DNA from: an uncultured candidate division Zixibacteria bacterium
Lineage (GTDB): Bacteria > Zixibacteria > MSB-5A5 > GN15 > PGXB01
Direction of reading: 5' to 3'
DNA length: 64,000 nt
NCBI GenBank assembly: GCA_963702205.1
Contig: OY969724.1
Location: 3,168,001-3,232,000 of the forward strand
Part shown: positions 60,391-64,000 of the stretch, in pieces
How the letters are laid out: each line of letters begins with the position of its first letter
Numbering within the stretch: the stretch's first letter is position 1
Notes under the pieces: generated by a model
Database searches by the model: none
Told to the model about the DNA's origin: nothing
The model's input: only the letters and a program-made list of their open reading frames with translations
Made by a program: the position numbers and the translations under genes

Positions 60391-62511
60391 TTATGGGCAG
60401 GCCGGGGCCGGGCCGGGAGGATCACCATAAACAAAATCGATCAAATAAAGGACATCCAGCAGGTTTACCTGGTTGTCTCCGTTAACGTCGCCCGATGCCA
60501 TCGGCTCGGGAGCCGGGCCGCGCGGACTGCTGTATATAAAGTCAATCAGATAGAGAATATCGACGAGATTTACAGCACCGTCCGAAGCCGCGTCGCCGCA
60601 CATGTACGGCAGCGTAATGCTTCCGACTTCGTAAATCGGCGAATAATTCAGGATATCCCAATAGAAGGTCGGTAACTGCGTCAAATAGCCGCCGACCATT
60701 ATCGGCGCCGACTGGCTCGCATTCGCTCCCGATGAAATCCGAAAATACAATTTCAAAACCGGTCCGGAGCCGGGCGCCAGGTCCGGCGTGGACGGTTGAT
60801 TATTGTAAAGCGTGAAAGTCGCCCTCTGGCCCCACGGGTCAGAATGTATTAGCGCCAGGGTATCGAAGTAAGCCGTACGACAGCCTTCTTTGGTGTATGA
60901 TTCCAGCGAGATGTTCATGCTTCCCTGTCCGTACTCGACCGGAATTTTTATTTTTGAAAGGGGTACGGTATTGTTGACATAAATCGGCACTTCGACCAGG
61001 TCTCCCGGCGCGCCGGTCACGGTGCCGCTAATCATGGTATCGGCCAGCGAAATCACGCAATTGGTTCGGTTGTAAACCGAGGTATCCGTCCCAGCCACGA
61101 CGCAGGCGGCGACGTCGAAACGCCCCGGCTGGCTGTACGTATGGAGCGGAGATTGCACGGTCGCCGAATCGCCGTCACCGAAAGACCAGATCCACTGGTC
61201 CGGGCTAAGAGTCGTGACGCCGCTGAATGAGACGTCGAAAGGCACCTGACCCCAGGTCGTATCCATGGTAAACATAACGCCGCGATCGGGTTCGATTCCG
61301 GTCAGCATCCATTCCCAGTACGTGGCGCACCCGTCCCACGGGCAATAGAGATTATCCACGGTGTACCAGGTATTGTGCGAATCGGACCAGCCGTAATTCA
61401 TGTGTACCTGGTCCAGGCCGAGAACCTGCCTCCAGCCGTCACAGACAATGGAGTGACTGTAAATCTGATATTGTATCAGGCGATTGGCCTCGATTTCCTG
61501 ACGAATCATGTTGGACCAGTCGTAAAGCGAAAAATCCGTACGGTCGCGCTCCTGGACCGTGTTCATGTAGCGAAAATAATTGTGATAAACGGCCGCCGAA
61601 TTTGACATATAGCTACCCGACCCGCAGACACCGTAATCCATATCGAAAGCAATGCCGACTTCGTAACACAATTCGGACAGTGCCGCCATCTGGTCGGCGT
61701 CGCATCCGCCAAGGCATTGATCCGGCATGTTATCCCAATCATAAGAATCATTGTAATCCGCCGTCAGAGTCTCACCCGGCGATGATCCGTTGCAGGACTG
61801 GTCGCCTGCCCAATAATAATTTTTCGTACCCTGGCCTTCGGGCGGCCACTGGTAATAGTGCATGATTTGCGAAGCGGCCGTCGCCACGCACCCGACCACC
61901 GTCCGACCACCGTCGCCGATCGGACAAATACTGTTGTACGGGTACCCCTGGTCCCACCTCGAAGTCATCAGCGGACCGACGTCGTTGGCATCCAGCACCG
62001 CTTTGTCGGCCAGTTGTGCCTTAAAGGCGTTATCATCGAGCAAAAATTGGTCCCACTGTTGTCGACCCGAGGGGTCAAACACCGGCCGGCCTTTGCTGAC
62101 CTGCGCCGCCTCAAGACTGCCGTTGGCAGAAATATAAATTCTGGCCTGGTGGATGAGGACTGCCTTGATGATACCACCAAAACTCTCGGGGTCATCCAGA
62201 TTAAGCGGCGATTCATCGGAGTATGCTTTAATGGGAGACTCCTCCATCAGAATCGGCACGACAATATATCCCGCCGGCGCTATGTCGTAGCAGCGACCGA
62301 GCAGAGTATCGTTGACGATTATATCGCGGACTTTATCGACTTTCGGGGCGTCGGTACCGGCCCACCCGCCTTTTTCCTGAACTATATAATTGAGCAGGTT
62401 GCGGGATACCTGATCGGTTTGTGCGCGCGATGCGACCGTTGCCTGTACTTGCGATCCCAGAATGATCAAAAATGAAAAAACCACGACAAACGCATTGAAC
62501 CTGAATGACAT
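60391..62511 (-). CDS. Secreted C10 (streptopain-family) cysteine peptidase with prodomain, PKD, cohesin-like and dockerin-like domains
   Basis: WDQGYPYN, VGCVATA, HSIVCDG, HMNYGW; PKD WSFGDG; GAPGDLVEVPIYV...LAPGSGPVLKLYF; duplicated dockerin-like repeat. Confidence 0.9.
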   Translation of the reverse strand: MSFRFNAFVVVFSFLIILGSQVQATVASRAQTDQVSRNLLNYIVQEKGGWAGTDAPKVDKVRDIIVNDTLLGRCYDIAPAGYIVVPILMEESPIKAYSDESPLNLDDPESFGGIIKAVLIHQARIYISANGSLEAAQVSKGRPVFDPSGRQQWDQFLLDDNAFKAQLADKAVLDANDVGPLMTSRWDQGYPYNSICPIGDGGRTVVGCVATAASQIMHYYQWPPEGQGTKNYYWAGDQSCNGSSPGETLTADYNDSYDWDNMPDQCLGGCDADQMAALSELCYEVGIAFDMDYGVCGSGSYMSNSAAVYHNYFRYMNTVQERDRTDFSLYDWSNMIRQEIEANRLIQYQIYSHSIVCDGWRQVLGLDQVHMNYGWSDSHNTWYTVDNLYCPWDGCATYWEWMLTGIEPDRGVMFTMDTTWGQVPFDVSFSGVTTLSPDQWIWSFGDGDSATVQSPLHTYSQPGRFDVAACVVAGTDTSVYNRTNCVISLADTMISGTVTGAPGDLVEVPIYVNNTVPLSKIKIPVEYGQGSMNISLESYTKEGCRTAYFDTLALIHSDPWGQRATFTLYNNQPSTPDLAPGSGPVLKLYFRISSGANASQSAPIMVGGYLTQLPTFYWDILNYSPIYEVGSITLPYMCGDAASDGAVNLVDILYLIDFIYSSPRGPAPEPMASGDVNGDNQVNLLDVLYLIDFVYGDPPGPAPACP

Positions 62512-62682
62512 TTTGGCCTCCAATAATGGGCGGTGGCGATGAGGGTAAACTTGTAATTCCAATATTAAATATACAATGTGTCTCTATTTTGTCAACTACT
62601 ACAATTCAATACGGCTCATATATGATATTGAATAATAATGATTTAGAGGAGACCAAATTTTGGCAATACGGGCCGATCAAGC

Positions 62683-63750
62683 CTAATTTGCCGAAGATTG
62701 CGAGGTGCCCATCAGGCGGCTGATCATGCTGAGTTCCGGAACCTGTTCCATGATAATTTTGAAAAGCACAAGAAGTGGAACCGACAGAAACATCCCCCAG
62801 ATTCCCCAGATATAGCCCCAGAATACGAGGCCGAATATGACGGTCAACGTATTAAGCCGCAGGCGGTTACCCATGATGATCGGCTCGATGACATTGCCCA
62901 TGACGTTTTGGACGGCAATCAAACAGATTAGAACCAGGATCATAATCCTGGCCGAATCGAACTGTATGACGGCCATTAAAAAAGGCGGCAGGACGGCAAT
63001 AATCGACCCGATGGTCGGGATAAAATTCAAAATAAAGGCCAGCAGTCCCCAGAAGAAGGCGAACTTGATGCCGAATATCATGCAGATGACAGCGGTCAGG
63101 AGCCCGGTGACGACGCTGATAGCCGTCTTTATTTTCATATACGATATTATCGACTGCTGAATGCTTTCATAATTCTGTACGAAGCGGCTGTTCATATTAT
63201 TGCCGCTGACATACGCCAGGAAAGTTTTATAACGCGGCATACTGGCCAGCAAAGCCACATAATAAAGCACGAAGATGAAAAACGAACCGGTGAAATCGCC
63301 GATGGTACTGGCCGCCTGACCGATGAGCGATGATATCGTGCCGGGATTCAACTGAGACGTTATGAATTCGAAGTCAAAGCTGGTTTTGAAATATTTCTGG
63401 GTTACGGTGTCGATCCATGAGAAAACCGAATCGAGCTTCAGATTAAGACGACTCAGAAGATAGCTCTGCTGTGAGCTTATATCCTGGCCCGTCTGCCACG
63501 CGATTTGAAAGATCAAAAATAATATCAGCAGGGTAACGATCGCGATTATCGGCAATATGAGCCAGCCGGGGAATTTCTTCTTTTTTAAATAGAGCGCGAA
63601 CGGCTGAAACAGGCTGGCACAAAGAAAAGCCAGAACCAACGGGATCAGCAGTGAGGACAGCAGTGAAATAAGATAAATTATCAGAGCGAAAAAGAAGAAT
63701 ATCAATATGCTTTTGGCCGTCTTGTCTTCCAGAATTTCCGTCATACCCAC
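62683..63750 (-). CDS. AI-2E family transporter
   Basis: LAFILNFIPTIGS, GNVIEP.IMG, WGMFLSVPL. Confidence 0.9.
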   Translation of the reverse strand: MGMTEILEDKTAKSILIFFFFALIIYLISLLSSLLIPLVLAFLCASLFQPFALYLKKKKFPGWLILPIIAIVTLLILFLIFQIAWQTGQDISSQQSYLLSRLNLKLDSVFSWIDTVTQKYFKTSFDFEFITSQLNPGTISSLIGQAASTIGDFTGSFFIFVLYYVALLASMPRYKTFLAYVSGNNMNSRFVQNYESIQQSIISYMKIKTAISVVTGLLTAVICMIFGIKFAFFWGLLAFILNFIPTIGSIIAVLPPFLMAVIQFDSARIMILVLICLIAVQNVMGNVIEPIIMGNRLRLNTLTVIFGLVFWGYIWGIWGMFLSVPLLVLFKIIMEQVPELSMISRLMGTSQSSAN

Positions 63751-63845
63751 TTTCCGATAAGAGTAATCAACACAGCCCCAATTTCCGGAAAATAGCGAGC
63801 CAAGTAAAGAAAGAAATTTAATAATTATCCCGTCAGGATTGCCGA

Positions 63846-64000
63846 CTAATCCCGGGTCGGGGCGATTTTCATTATTCTTCCGATTACGTTGCTCAGGTCA
63901 CTGGCCCGGTACGGTTTGGCGAGCCGTCCGCAAAAACCATAATCTTCATACCGCGCCATCACCGGATCGTTGGAATAGCCGCTGGACACGATCGCCTTCA
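63846..64000 (-). CDS. C-terminal receiver domain of a probable hybrid sensor kinase (partial)
   Basis: Manual translation: KAIVSSGYSNDPVMARYEDYGFCGRLAKPYRASDL...*. Confidence 0.75.
   Translation of the reverse strand, partial: KAIVSSGYSNDPVMARYEDYGFCGRLAKPYRASDLSNVIGRIMKIAPTRD

Noticed and set aside
58110..62511. Classical cellulosome
   Set aside because: The dockerin-bearing cargoes are peptidases; no glycoside hydrolase or multi-cohesin scaffoldin is in the window

Overview
This is a gene-dense bacterial chromosomal window of moderate GC, probably from a diderm FCB-group organism. The repeated C-terminal dockerin-like modules suggest candidate phylum Zixibacteria (inference, not checked). 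Housekeeping genes include partial rlmN, smpB, an amidase, murI, rmuC, acs and tRNA-Arg(UCU). There is an ndh/cydAB/ZIP respiratory cluster, a heme-c hybrid-kinase phosphorelay, a sigma54 two-component module, and two ECF sigma/anti-sigma loci whose candidate promoters can be read in the DNA. A complete IS256 splits an AT-rich UvrD-like helicase, and there are two REP/REPIN-like hairpin families. The best candidates for undescribed systems are: (1) four secreted proteins with dockerin-like modules, two of them peptidases and three also carrying cohesin-like domains, suggesting a non-cellulosomal self-assembling peptidase complex; (2) an ECF/zinc-anti-sigma-controlled MMPL + LolA-like + outer-membrane barrel + DUF2892 trans-envelope transport operon; (3) a TetR-controlled, very divergent FabX/nitronate-monooxygenase-like flavoenzyme; (4) a PhaR-phasin fusion with a nested internal start and its own operator. 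Three +1 frameshifts and one in-frame amber stop may be sequencing errors. All product calls come from manual motif recognition; no database searches were run.
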